DNA of 57,589 nucleotides from Phycisphaeraceae bacterium. Its GTDB lineage: Bacteria > Planctomycetota > Phycisphaerae > Phycisphaerales > Zrk34. This document shows positions 41,251 through 51,552 of this stretch, piece after piece. The stretch's first letter is position 1. Each line of letters starts with the position of its first letter. The stretch lies in contig JBBDRF010000067.1 in assembly GCA_040905565.1 (NCBI GenBank), positions 1 through 57,589 of the forward strand, written 5' to 3'. The notes beneath the pieces were generated by a model. That model was not told where the DNA came from, did no database searches, and saw only the letters and a list, made by a program, of their open reading frames with translations. Both the position numbers and the translations under genes were made by a program.

Positions 41251-44031
41251 CGCCTTCCGAAGACGAATCGCTGGTACACCCACGCGACGGCGAGCAGGCT
41301 GAGGCCGAGGCCGAGGAACGAGCCGACCCGCCACAGGTCTTCCAGGTGTGCCATGTCCAGCACGAAGACTTTGCCGACCGCGACGCAGAGGATGACCAGC
41401 GACGCCCATCGCAGCGCCTGCCCGCCGCGCCAGATGCCCAGGCCCAGCAGCACGGCTGCGAACACGATCCAGGCTGCGGAATACGCGTACCACTCAGCAG
41501 CCGTCGCGCCGTTCTTGAACCACAGCGATTCGCCCTGGAACGCCTGCCGGACGGTCAGCGTGATCCACCAGAAGCTCAGCCACAGGGCCGTCGCGCCCAT
41601 CATCCAGCGGGTCGGCTGCACAAGCTTCTGCATCGGCTCGCGCCAGTCGCGCAGGGTCCATGCGGCGAGGCCCGCCAGCAGAGCGGCGACGGCGTACGAC
41701 CAGAGCAGTGCGTTGAAGATTGGCATGTCGCCGACCGTCATGGAGCGGGTCCAGATGGGGTTCGCATGAAGCGTGAGCAGGTAGCTGGCGCCGATTGCCA
41801 TGATCCACAGCAGGGCGCAGCCGGCGAGTGCGGGCACGATGCGCCGGCTCGTCCGCCCACCCCACCAGGCGGCGAGGCCGAGCAAGCTGGTGATGATCGC
41901 GTACCAGCCGATCTCCGTCAGTCTGAGTGCCGACGCGTCCATCGTCGGCCAGTGGTAGGCATGGCGAATGATCAGCCAGGCGCCGGCGGTGAGCAGCACG
42001 ATTGCCCCGAGTTCAAGCGATCGCCCAAAGTGTCGTGCCTCGCCTCGACGGGTGAGCCAGGCGGCAAGGGCGAAGCTTGCTGCGGCGGTGCCGTAGGCGT
42101 AAAGCAGCCAGTTAAAGATGACCGTTTCGCCCGATGGCATATTGTGTTACGACCGCTGGATTCACCAGCAGCCGAAGTAGCACTGCCACGGCCAGGACCG
42201 CCGCCGCGACCCGCAGCGATGGCAGCTTCAAGCGGTTCGCGAGCCATACGGTGCCCGCCATCTGCAGCGCCCAGACGGTGGCGACCCACTGTCGGCCGTC
42301 GGGCAGTTCGGCCGTCACCAGTTGATACAGCGCCAGCGCGATCAGCCCCACCGCCGCCGCTGCGAATGCGCCCATCGCCTGGTGCATCTGCGTCCGCTGC
42401 GGCCCTTCACGATGCTGCCCCAGGTGCCATGCGCCGCCCGCCAGCACCGCCGCCGCCGTGCCGCTGATCGCCCACCAGGGCAGTTCACGCATCTCGGCCA
42501 CGAACCACCACGCCAGCACCGTGGCTGTCGTTACCACCGCCCCGGCTCCGGTCGCCCAGCGGATGGGGTTGCGTGATCCCCAGACGGCTGCGTAACCACT
42601 GCCCGCCATCGCCACGGTTAAGCCGAACAGGGTCCACAGGAAGCGGGTGGCGTCGGGAGCATCGAGGGTTGCAGCCCACATCAGGATCTTCAGGCCGACG
42701 ATCAGCACGGCCAGCAGCGCGATGACCGCGTGGCGTTTTTCGCGCAGGCGCCCAGCGGCGATGCAGCCGACGGCCAGCACGCCCACCTGCATCCACTGCC
42801 ACGAGCCGTACGCGCTGATCTGCACGACCCAGCCGGCGAGAACGAGCCAGCCTGCCGCCCCGCCCCACGCAAGCCAACGCGCCCATGTCTGTTCACGTGG
42901 CACGTGTCGGTCCATCTCCATCGCCACGCCCACGAATACGGCTGCGGAGAGCAACACGAATAGTCCGATGCCGCCGACCGCCCAGTCGCCCGGCTGGACG
43001 TAGAAGCCGAGCCAGATGGCCGTCCAGCCGAGGCTGCCGACGAGTGTGAGGACCATGAGAACCCACCAGCCGCGGTAGCGGCCGAGGAGCACGAGTGCCG
43101 TTTGCAGGAGCATCAGGTAGCCGAAGAATTGCAGTGCGGATTGGTCGGTCATGCCTGTGAGTGCGGGCATGAGGAAGCCGCCGAGCAGGCCGAGTAGCGC
43201 CACGATCATGCCGTGTCGCAGGCTCATGACGACGGCCACCGCCGTGACGATGATCAGCCCACCCGCGCCGATCGCAGGGTTCAGCAGGTCATACAGGTTG
43301 GTCGCTGCCCAGACGGTGGCATAGCAGATGGCCACGCCGGCCGCGGTCGTCGCCGCTGCGACCTTCGCCTGGGCGGCACTGAGGAACTGCCCGCCCACCA
43401 ACAGCCCGACGCCGAAGAGGCCGGCCAGCATCAAGCGCACGGCCGGCGTCATCAGCGCGTGCTCGGCGAAGTAGCGGACCATGAAGATGCCCGCCAGCGC
43501 CAACGCCGCCGCCCCGAGCCACAGCATCACCTGCGTCGCCAGCCGCTGCTCGAGGGTCTGGTTTTCTTCCGCGTCGTTCTCCGTCGATTCGTCCGTTCTC
43601 GACGTCGCTCGCTCCAGCTTCGCCATCATCTTCTGCCAGGGCATCGCCTCAGCGGGGCTCGCCTGACGCGGCGTGGTGGAAGCCGACATCACCTCGGCGG
43701 GTTCAGCCGATTCCGGTTCGCGCGTGGGCTGATGCGCGATTGGCATCGCGGGCGTCGGCTGCATGGCCCGCTGCGGTGGGGCGGGGGGCTGCGGTGGTGG
43801 TGGGGGGGCGGTCGGCTTCGTCGGCTGTGTCGTCTGTTCGGACTTCGGTTTGGTGGAAGCTCCCGCAGGGTGCCGGGCTTCCATCGCCTGCATTTCGTGT
43901 TCCAGCTGTTGCACGCGCGCCTCCGCGCGCGTCATGCGTTGCATCGTTGCCACGAGCAACACGATCACGATCAGCGGACTCACCAGCAGCACGACCGCCA
44001 GCAACACAAGAACTACTTCCATGAACCGCAT
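41235..44031 (-). pseudogene. DUF2339 membrane protein gene split by a +1 frameshift (pseudogene, sequencing error or recoding)
   Basis: ORF 44031-42112 (LEQRLATQVMLWLG...) and ORF 42140-41235 (KVFVLDMAHL..LWRVGSFLGLG) join if one G is removed at 42130-42132. Confidence 0.75.
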
Positions 44032-44186
44032 CTCCCAGCCGTGGAGCGATCACCCGAACGCCGTCGATCATAACCGACCGGCTGGGCGGAACGTCACCCC
44101 ATCGCCCTCGCAAAGGGTTGGGCACGAGATGTATTCATGATGGACAGAAGTTGTTCGCCGCCTGCCGTTGCTGTGCCGCTATGTTG

Positions 44187-44684
44187 TTACTGCGGCCGCT
44201 CGGGTGGCGAAGCGTGTGTTGCGGGGTGCCAGATGAGCGCCAGGATGCCGCCGATGATCGCCAGGAGTGAACCGATGATTCCCCCCGCGCCGAAAAAGAG
44301 GCTGACGGTGGCGACGACCAGAATCGTCGTGCCCCATGCCACGCGTTGCTCCGGCCGCGTGTAGAGCATGACCGCTCCTAGAATCACCAGGACGCCCGCT
44401 GCCAGCCCGATCCAAGGCCACCACGCGTATTCAGCACCGCCGTCGCTCATGATGCCGCGTTGATGCATCCAACCCATGCCGTCGCCGCCGGGCCCGTGGT
44501 GAGGCATGGGGCCCATCCCGTCGCCCGTGCCCATGCCGTCGTCGTGTGTCATGCGGCCGCCGCGCTGCATGTCAGTCATGCCCCAGCCGACGCCCCAGAA
44601 TAAGCTCGCCAGGATCATCCACACGCCGCCAAGCAGAGAGACGACGAACGCTGCGACTGGTTTGTCGGAATCGGCCTGTGCCAT
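44187..44684 (-). CDS. Membrane protein with a Met/His/Gly-rich loop
   Basis: About 4 TM segments; loop GMTDMQRGGRMTHDDGMGTGDGMGPMPHHGPGGDGMGWMH; GAGGAG RBS. Confidence 0.75.
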   Translation of the reverse strand: MAQADSDKPVAAFVVSLLGGVWMILASLFWGVGWGMTDMQRGGRMTHDDGMGTGDGMGPMPHHGPGGDGMGWMHQRGIMSDGGAEYAWWPWIGLAAGVLVILGAVMLYTRPEQRVAWGTTILVVATVSLFFGAGGIIGSLLAIIGGILALIWHPATHASPPERPQ

Positions 44685-44734
44685 CGCCTTCTCTCCTCGG
44701 GAATCGCAGCTGCCGGCGACGCGGTGCCGCAAGG

Positions 44735-45409
44735 TTAAGTTGCTTCACGCAGAACGTGCTGTTTGAACCAGGCCTGCGCCAGCCGGGCGGCTTCATCGAG
44801 GGTGCCGGGCTCTTCGAAGAGGTGGGTGGCCCCTTCGACGATGCTGATGCGATGCTCCACCTGCAGCTGCGTTGCAGCCTCTTCGTTCATGCCGATGACG
44901 GGCTGATCATTGCCGCCGACGATCAGCAGCACCGGCGCCCGCACATGCTTCAACGCTTCACCGGCGAGGTCGGGCCTGCCTCCGCGCGAGACCACGGCGT
45001 CGACACGGTTGGGCCGTTCAGCGGCGGCGACCAGGGCGGCGGCTGCACCGGTGCTGGCGCCGAAGAGTCCGAGGCGCATCGCCTGCGTCGCCGGCTGATC
45101 GCTCGCCCAGTCGATCGCGCCGACCAGCCGTCGTGCCAGCAGGCCGATGTCGAAACGCAAGTGAGCCGTCTGCTCGTCGACGCGGTGCTCATCCGCCGTC
45201 AGCAGGTCGAAAAGCAGCGTGGCGATACGACCCTCGTTGAGCACTTCAGCCACGAATCGGTTGCGTGAGCTGAAGCGACTGCTGCCGCTGCCGTGGGCAA
45301 AAAGCACCAGTCCATCGGCACCTTCGGGAATGGTCAGGAAACCAGGCAACTGGGCATCTTCGGTGCGGACGAGCACTTCTTGTTCGCGCGTCGATGTTCT
45401 GGGGTTCAT
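44735..45409 (-). CDS. Alpha/beta hydrolase (dienelactone hydrolase family)
   Basis: FAHGSGSSRFS.RN, GASTG nucleophile, SRGGRPDLA, GATHLFEE. Confidence 0.9.
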   Translation of the reverse strand: MNPRTSTREQEVLVRTEDAQLPGFLTIPEGADGLVLFAHGSGSSRFSSRNRFVAEVLNEGRIATLLFDLLTADEHRVDEQTAHLRFDIGLLARRLVGAIDWASDQPATQAMRLGLFGASTGAAAALVAAAERPNRVDAVVSRGGRPDLAGEALKHVRAPVLLIVGGNDQPVIGMNEEAATQLQVEHRISIVEGATHLFEEPGTLDEAARLAQAWFKQHVLREAT

Positions 45410-45411
45410 CG

Positions 45412-46125
45412 CTATTTCCTTCCCTGTCTCAACCGATCGTGTGAGGCATGCCCGGCACCGGCCGGCTGCTGGATCTCCGGAGGTGCGTGCTGTTGCCATG
45501 CCTGCTTCAATAGCTCGCGGACCTCGTCGTCGGTCGTCTGCTCGAAGTTCTCGTACCACTGCCCAACGCCCATGAACCGCGCGGGCGTTTCGACGCAGAT
45601 CACGTCGTCGGCTTCGGCGCGGAGCCCTTCGCATGATTCGGGCGGGGCCACCGGAACGGCGACGATCACGGAAGCAGGGTTGCCCTGCCGCACCGCCCGA
45701 ACCGCAGCGAGCATGGTCGAACCGGTCGCAAGGCCGTCGTCGACGAGGATGACGCACCGGCCTTCTACGCGAGGTTGTGGACGACCCTCCCTGTAAGCTT
45801 TTTCACGCCGACGCAACTCAGCCTGTTCCCGTGTCGTGGCCTGCTCGATGTCTTGCTCGGTGAGTCTGGCAAGTTCTATCACGCGCTGGTTGAGCACCCT
45901 TCCGCCGCCGCTGGCGATGGCGCCCATCGCCAGTTCCTCGTGGCCGGGCACGCCGAGCTTGCGGACGAGCATCAGGTCGAACGGCGCTTCCAGTGCTCGC
46001 GCCACCTCAACGCCCACGGGCACACCTCCACGCGGCAGCGCCAGCACCAGCACGTCGGGCCTGCCTGCAAAGCGGCTCAAAGCTTGTGCCAATCTTTGCC
46101 CTGCTTCCTCACGATCACGAAACAT
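45412..46125 (-). CDS. Phosphoribosyltransferase family protein
   Basis: MFRDREEAG, LALPRGGVPV, VRKLGVP, ILVDDGLATG. Confidence 0.92.
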   Translation of the reverse strand: MFRDREEAGQRLAQALSRFAGRPDVLVLALPRGGVPVGVEVARALEAPFDLMLVRKLGVPGHEELAMGAIASGGGRVLNQRVIELARLTEQDIEQATTREQAELRRREKAYREGRPQPRVEGRCVILVDDGLATGSTMLAAVRAVRQGNPASVIVAVPVAPPESCEGLRAEADDVICVETPARFMGVGQWYENFEQTTDDEVRELLKQAWQQHAPPEIQQPAGAGHASHDRLRQGRK

Positions 46126-46477
46126 GGCGGCGCTCCTAGTTGTCGTCTATGGCACGCTATGTCGGCGCGGTACGGCCGAACGATCGGGGCGATGCGGGCG
46201 GGTTGGTCGTGCGAGTCCCGAGGCACCGCGGCAGCAGGTTGTTCCCGTTGATTCGGTTTGATCATGAAGACGCCTTCCTCGACGGATTGCCGCAGGGCTT
46301 CGCCGCTGGTGTCGACAGTGCTCAACAATCACGATCTTAATCAGGTGACGGGGGAGCAGCGTGTCATGGCGGGCGATCCGAAGTTCCCCGGCTCGCAGCG
46401 TCTTCCCGACTTCAAAGCTACCTGCCCACCGGCGGCCGCTGAACACAACGCGACGGCGCCAGCGTAGCCCACTCAAT

Positions 46478-46511
46478 AAAAAAACCCCGCCGGCCGATGA
46501 GGCTGGCGGGG
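46478..46511 (-). terminator. Terminator after tRNA-Arg
   Basis: CCCCGCCAGCC...GGCCGGCGGGG followed by a T-run on the minus strand. Confidence 0.7.
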
Positions 46512-46546
46512 CTGTTGTAACTGTCGCGGCGGCTGCCGCTTGCAAG

Positions 46547-46620
46547 TACGCGCGGGAGGACTCGAACCTCCAACCTCCTGATCCGTAGTCAGGTGCTCTA
46601 TCCAATTGAGCTACGCACGC
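46547..46620 (-). tRNA. tRNA-Arg(ACG)
   Basis: GCGTGCGTAGCTCAATTGGATAGAGCA-CCTGA-CTACGGA-TCAGG...GGTTCGAGTCC; CCA not encoded. Confidence 0.96.
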
Positions 46621-46736
46621 TCCAAGGCGGAAGATTCTAACAACACCCCCCCATCCTGGCAAACGCCAACGCTTGCCCCGAGATGGTATACTCACCGATT
46701 ACGGTCTTTTTACCCTTTTCGAGTGCGCGATCCGCA

Positions 46737-47693
46737 ATGGCCTCGGCGATCCTTGAACAGCTCAGCATCTACGGCCCGCGCCACTGTCGTCAGCTTTCCT
46801 ATGAGCAGGCGAAGGCTTACACGCGCGATCTGGTCAACACACAATACGAAAACTTCACCGTGGTCAGCCGCCTGGTCCCCAAGCATCTGCGGGACGATTT
46901 CGCCAGCGTTTACGCCTTCTGCCGCTGGGCGGACGACCTCGGCGACGAAACCGGCGACCCCGCCCAGTCCCAGCAGCTGCTCGCCTGGTGGCGGACCGAA
47001 CTGGAAGCCTGCTACCGCGATGAGCCCCGTCATCCCGTGTTCGTGGCCCTTCAGCCGACCATCCGCCGCCATGCGATTCCCATCGAGCCGTTCGACCATC
47101 TCATCCAGGCATTCGAGCAGGATCAAAAGCTGCATCGCTACGAGACGTGGGAGCAGGTGCTTGATTACTGCACACGCAGCGCCGATCCCGTCGGCCGCCT
47201 CGTGCTCTACCTCTGCAATTATCGGGATACCCAGCGGCAACGGCTGTCCGATCGCACCTGCACCGCCCTGCAGCTGGTGAACTTTTGGCAGGATGTCCGC
47301 CGCGATATTCTCGAGCGCGACCGCATCTACGTGCCCAGCGAAGCGCTCAGCAAACACGGCCTGACGCATGACGATCTTGTCCAGCACGCGCACGGCCGTC
47401 GCCTGCTGACTGCTGAGCAACATGCTGCGTATCAGAAAGTCATCCACGAACTGATCGATCGCACCTGGCCGTCATTCGCGGAGGGACGGCAGCTGTGGCC
47501 GCTGGTGAACCGCCGGGTTCGGTTGCCGATTCAGCTGTTCACGCTCGGCGGCGAAGCGGTCATGCGACGCGTCGAACAGATCAACTACGACACAATCGAT
47601 CACAGGCCGAAAATCAGCAAAGCGACGAAAATGATGCTGATGGCGCGGGCCGTCACGGGCCGACTGCTGAGTGTGGCAGGGGGTGGGCGATGA
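46737..47693 (+). CDS. hpnC: Squalene synthase HpnC
   Basis: YENFTVVS, YAFCRWADDLGDE, YCTRSADPVGRLVL, LQLVNFWQDV. Confidence 0.92.
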   Translation: MASAILEQLSIYGPRHCRQLSYEQAKAYTRDLVNTQYENFTVVSRLVPKHLRDDFASVYAFCRWADDLGDETGDPAQSQQLLAWWRTELEACYRDEPRHPVFVALQPTIRRHAIPIEPFDHLIQAFEQDQKLHRYETWEQVLDYCTRSADPVGRLVLYLCNYRDTQRQRLSDRTCTALQLVNFWQDVRRDILERDRIYVPSEALSKHGLTHDDLVQHAHGRRLLTAEQHAAYQKVIHELIDRTWPSFAEGRQLWPLVNRRVRLPIQLFTLGGEAVMRRVEQINYDTIDHRPKISKATKMMLMARAVTGRLLSVAGGGR

Positions 47694-48607
47694 GCGAAGT
47701 GATGCAGCCGTCGGCGGATATTTTGGCGGCTTCGCGTGAGCATTGCCGCGACCTCAGCCGCGAGCGCGCCAAGAACTTCTACTACGGCATGAAGCTGGTG
47801 CCCGAGCCGAAGCGGGGGGCCATGGAAGCGCTGTACGCCTGGATGCGGCTGGCGGATGATCTGGCCGACGAAGAAGGCAGCGAGGCCGACAAGACCCAGG
47901 CCCTCGCGGCGTTCCAGCGCGAAACCCACCAGGCGGTCGACCCCGCGCTGAGCGATGCGTCGCAGTTGCCCGCGGGCCCCATCTGGCCGGCTGTGCGGGA
48001 GATGATGCTGACGTATGCCGTGCCGATGGACTACTTTGATGCGATGATCGACGGGCAACTGCTCGACCAGCGCAAACGCCGTTACGCCAGCTTCGATGAG
48101 CTTTACGACTACTGCTACAAGGTCGCCAGCGTCGTCGGCCTCTCGTGCATCGAGATCTGGGGCTACCGCGGCGGTGCCGAAACGCGCAAGCTATCGGAGT
48201 ATCGCGGCATCGCCTTCCAGCTGACGAACATCCTGCGTGATGTGCTGGAGGATGCCGAGCGCGATCGCGTCTACGTTCCCGCCGATGCGCTAGATCTGTT
48301 CGAGCTGAACCCGCCGTTGTTCACGATGGGCGACCGCAAAGATGCCGAGCGCGCCGTCGCCAGTCTCGCTGAGCGGGCTGCGGATTATTATGAAAAGTCC
48401 GAGCCTCTCGATGCACAGGTCCACCCCGACGGTCGACCGTGCCTGTGGGCGATGACGCAGATTTACCGCAGCCTGCTGGAGAAGATTCGCCACAATCCCG
48501 CCGCTGTCCTGAGCGAGGAACGCGTGCGCCTCAGTCGACCGCGCAAAGCGTGGATCGCTTTGCGAGCGGTGGTCGGCAAGGGATCGGGGAAGGCAGCGAA
48601 ATGGTAA
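47690..48607 (+). CDS. hpnD: Presqualene diphosphate synthase HpnD
   Basis: NFYYGM, LYAWMRLADD, YCYKVASVVG, GIAFQLTNILRD. Confidence 0.9.
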   Translation: MSEVMQPSADILAASREHCRDLSRERAKNFYYGMKLVPEPKRGAMEALYAWMRLADDLADEEGSEADKTQALAAFQRETHQAVDPALSDASQLPAGPIWPAVREMMLTYAVPMDYFDAMIDGQLLDQRKRRYASFDELYDYCYKVASVVGLSCIEIWGYRGGAETRKLSEYRGIAFQLTNILRDVLEDAERDRVYVPADALDLFELNPPLFTMGDRKDAERAVASLAERAADYYEKSEPLDAQVHPDGRPCLWAMTQIYRSLLEKIRHNPAAVLSEERVRLSRPRKAWIALRAVVGKGSGKAAKW

Positions 48608-50013
48608 GCAGTGTCGCAATTCTCGGCGGCGGGCTGGCCGGGCTCGCAGCGGGCGTTCGGCTGGCGCAGCAGGGGACAGCCGTCACGCTCATCGAAACCT
48701 CCCGCAGACTCGGCGGCCGGGCGACGAGCCATGACGATCCGCAGACCGGGCAAACCGTCGATAACTGTCAGCATGTCCTGCTCGGCTGCTGCACGAATCT
48801 TGTCGATCTCTATCGCCGGCTGGGCGTTGCCGAGATGATCCGCTGGGAGGCGGACCTCCACTTCTTCGACAAGCTCGGCCACCACGATATTCTCCAAGCC
48901 GCCCCGCTCCCCGCGCCGCTGCACCTTTCGCCGAGCATGATGCGGTTCGGTTGTTTGACGCTTCGCGAGAAGGTGGCCGTGAGCCGGGGTATGCTGGCGA
49001 TTATGCGGTTGAAGCCGAGCGTGCGGGAACAGCTGAACGCGATCACGTTTGAGCAATGGCTGTTGGATCACGGGCAGCCGCGCGGGGCCATCGACAAGTT
49101 CTGGGCCGTGGTGATCGTCAGTGCGCTCAATCAATGGCCGAGCACCGCGGCGGCCGATTCGGCGTTGCAGGTGTTTCAGGAAGGCTTCCTTGCGCATCGG
49201 GATGCCTACCGCATGGGTGTCGCCGACGTGCCGCTGTCGCAGCTTTATGATCCAGCTCGGCAACTTATCGAGCAGGCGGGGGGAACGGTTCGGCTCGGCA
49301 CGTCGATCAAAACCATCAAAAGCGAAGGCGACCGCGTCACCGGCCTCGAGCTTGCGGACGGTGAGCGCCTCCAGGCCGACGCCTACATCAGCGCGCTCCC
49401 CTTCGATCGCCTGGCCAAGGTGGCGGACGCGAATCTCAGGCAGAGCGACGATCGACTCGCCGGCCTTGCCCACTTCACGCACAGCCCGATCCTCGGCATC
49501 CACCTCTGGTTCGACCGCCCCGTCGTGCCGCACCCGCACATGATCTACGTCGATTCGCCGTTGCAGTGGGTCTTCGTCAAGGGCACTGGCGACGGCGAAC
49601 GCATGCCCGCCAATGCCCAGTATCTCCACGGCGTGATCAGCGCGGCCGACGAATGGGTCGGCCAGCCCGCGCAGGCGATCCTCGACATGGCGGTGGCGGA
49701 GTTGACGGCGTACCTGCCCGAAACCGCGGAGGCGAAGCTGCTGAGCGGCCGGGTCATCAAGGAAAAGCGGGCGACGTTCGCGCCGGTCGTCGGCCTCAAC
49801 GCTCATCGCCCCGGTGTCAGTGGCCGTGTCGCCAATCTGCTGCTGGCCGGCGACTGGACCGACACCGGCTGGCCCGCCACGATGGAAGGGGCGGTGCGAA
49901 GCGGTTACCGCGCCGCCGCTGCTGCCACGGCCGAACCCGGCGACGATCACGGCCTCGTCGCCGACCTCCCCGCAGCCGCCCTGTATCGACTCGTCGCCGC
50001 GACGGCGTTGTAG
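48601..50013 (+). CDS. hpnE: Hydroxysqualene dehydroxylase HpnE
   Basis: GGGLAG, LGGRATS, DNCQHVLLGC, EKRATF, AGDWTDTGWPATMEGAVRSG. Confidence 0.92.
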   Translation: MVSSVAILGGGLAGLAAGVRLAQQGTAVTLIETSRRLGGRATSHDDPQTGQTVDNCQHVLLGCCTNLVDLYRRLGVAEMIRWEADLHFFDKLGHHDILQAAPLPAPLHLSPSMMRFGCLTLREKVAVSRGMLAIMRLKPSVREQLNAITFEQWLLDHGQPRGAIDKFWAVVIVSALNQWPSTAAADSALQVFQEGFLAHRDAYRMGVADVPLSQLYDPARQLIEQAGGTVRLGTSIKTIKSEGDRVTGLELADGERLQADAYISALPFDRLAKVADANLRQSDDRLAGLAHFTHSPILGIHLWFDRPVVPHPHMIYVDSPLQWVFVKGTGDGERMPANAQYLHGVISAADEWVGQPAQAILDMAVAELTAYLPETAEAKLLSGRVIKEKRATFAPVVGLNAHRPGVSGRVANLLLAGDWTDTGWPATMEGAVRSGYRAAAAATAEPGDDHGLVADLPAAALYRLVAATAL

Positions 50014-50068
50014 CGCGCGGAGGCAGCGGATTTAAGGTCCCCCTCTCCCTCAGCCGATGATCAGGGGG

Positions 50069-50266
50069 ATGGACTTCTACCCGATCGACATCACTGCTGC
50101 GATCATCTGTATAGCCGCTGTGCTGGCGACGATCACCTTTCTGCGCGTGCTGGCCATCCACCGTGAGCACGAGATCAGCCACCATGATCTCGCCCGCCAG
50201 GTCCGACAGGCCCGGGCGGAGCACGACCGCAAGATCAAAGAAGCGAACGAAGAAATCGTGGTCTAA
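50069..50266 (+). CDS. Small single-TM hypothetical protein
   Basis: MDFYPIDITAAIICIAAVLATITFLRVL followed by a charged helical tail; GC3-rich codons. Confidence 0.6.
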   Translation: MDFYPIDITAAIICIAAVLATITFLRVLAIHREHEISHHDLARQVRQARAEHDRKIKEANEEIVV

Positions 50267-50300
50267 CGGCCCCCCGCCCCCCCCACGTTCTCGAAGCATG

Positions 50301-50325
50301 ACCGGGCTGGGGGCAGCCCGGCTCT
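50301..50325. repeat. REP-like hairpin (family D)
   Basis: ACCGGGCTGGGGGCAGCCCGGCTCT; related copies at 55724-55815. Confidence 0.65.
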
Positions 50326-50438
50326 TTGCTTGCGCCATCACGGCAGATAGGCGGCGGGCAAGGTGGGGGGGGGATCGACCGCGGACGGGTCGGCGGCTAT
50401 CATCAAGGTCACCGCAGAATTTTTTGGAAATGAGACCG

Positions 50439-51552
50439 ATGTACGAGAATGTCGAAACGACCATCCAGGAGCTTGAGGCGCGGATCTTAACCATCCGCGA
50501 CTCTCTTTAACTACGCTCCTAAAGCTCAAAAACTTGCCGAACTTGAACAGCAGATGAACGCGCCGGAGTTCTGGGACGATCAGGATCGTGCCCAGAAGGT
50601 GATCGCTGAGCTCAAGCTCACCAAGGCCACCGTCGAGCCCCTCCAGAACGCCACCAGCGAACTGGAAGACGTGCAGGTCCTCCACGAATTGGCGGAGGAC
50701 GAAGGCGACGCCGACGCACGTCAAGAGGTTCAGCTTAAGCTCGGTCACATCGAGCAAAGCCTTGATCGGCTCGAGACGCAGGCGCTGCTTTCGGGCAAGA
50801 ACGATCACCGCAACGCCTACGTTTCCATCTTCGCCGGCGACGGCGGCACCGAGGCCAACGACTGGGCCGAGATGCTGCTGCGCATGTACCTGTACTACTT
50901 TGAGAATCAGGGTTGGAAGGTCGACGAACTCGACAAGCACCTTGGCGAAGAAGCAGGCATCACCGACGTCACGCTTCACGTGAAGGGCCCGTATGCGTTC
51001 GGGCTGATGGCGTGCGAACGCGGCACGCATCGCCTGGCGCGCGTCTCGCCGTTCAACGCCCAGGGCAAACGGCAGACCAGCTTCGCCACCGTCGATGTCA
51101 CCCCGGAACTCGAGGTAACGGACGTCGATATCGACGAGAAGGATTGCGATATCGAGTTCTTCGCCCGGTCCTCAGGGCCCGGCGGGCAGAACGTTAACAA
51201 GGTTGCCACCGCCTGCCGCATCCATCACAAGCCGACGGGGCTGTCCGTGGTTTGCTCCAATGAAAAATCGCAGGTGCAGAACAAGAAGATCGCCCTGTCG
51301 ATTCTCCAGGCCAAGATCGAGCAGATGGAGGAGGAGAAGCGGGCGGCTGAGCGTCAGGCTGAGCAGGGGTCGCTCGCGATGGGCTGGGGCACGCAAATCC
51401 GTAGCTACGTCTTTTACGACAACCGCGTGAAAGACACCCGCACCGGTTACGAAGTCGGCAACCCCCAGAAGGTGCTCGACGGCGATCTGCAGGGGTTCAT
51501 TGATGCCGAGTTGCGCCGCCGCCAACAGCAGCGCGAAGCGTCGACGGCGTAA
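50439..51552 (+). CDS. prfB: Peptide chain release factor 2 with programmed +1 frameshift at 50505-50511
   Basis: ORF1 MYENVETTIQELEARILTIRDSL-TAA; +1 frame continues NYAPK...FWDD; SPF and GGQ motifs. Confidence 0.95.

Noticed and set aside
46140..46470. Short ORFs between the PRTase gene and tRNA-Arg
   Set aside because: No recognisable motif or RBS; conflicting frames
31377..46620. Integrative island or prophage at tRNA-Ser or tRNA-Arg
   Set aside because: No integrase and no duplicated tRNA 3' end seen
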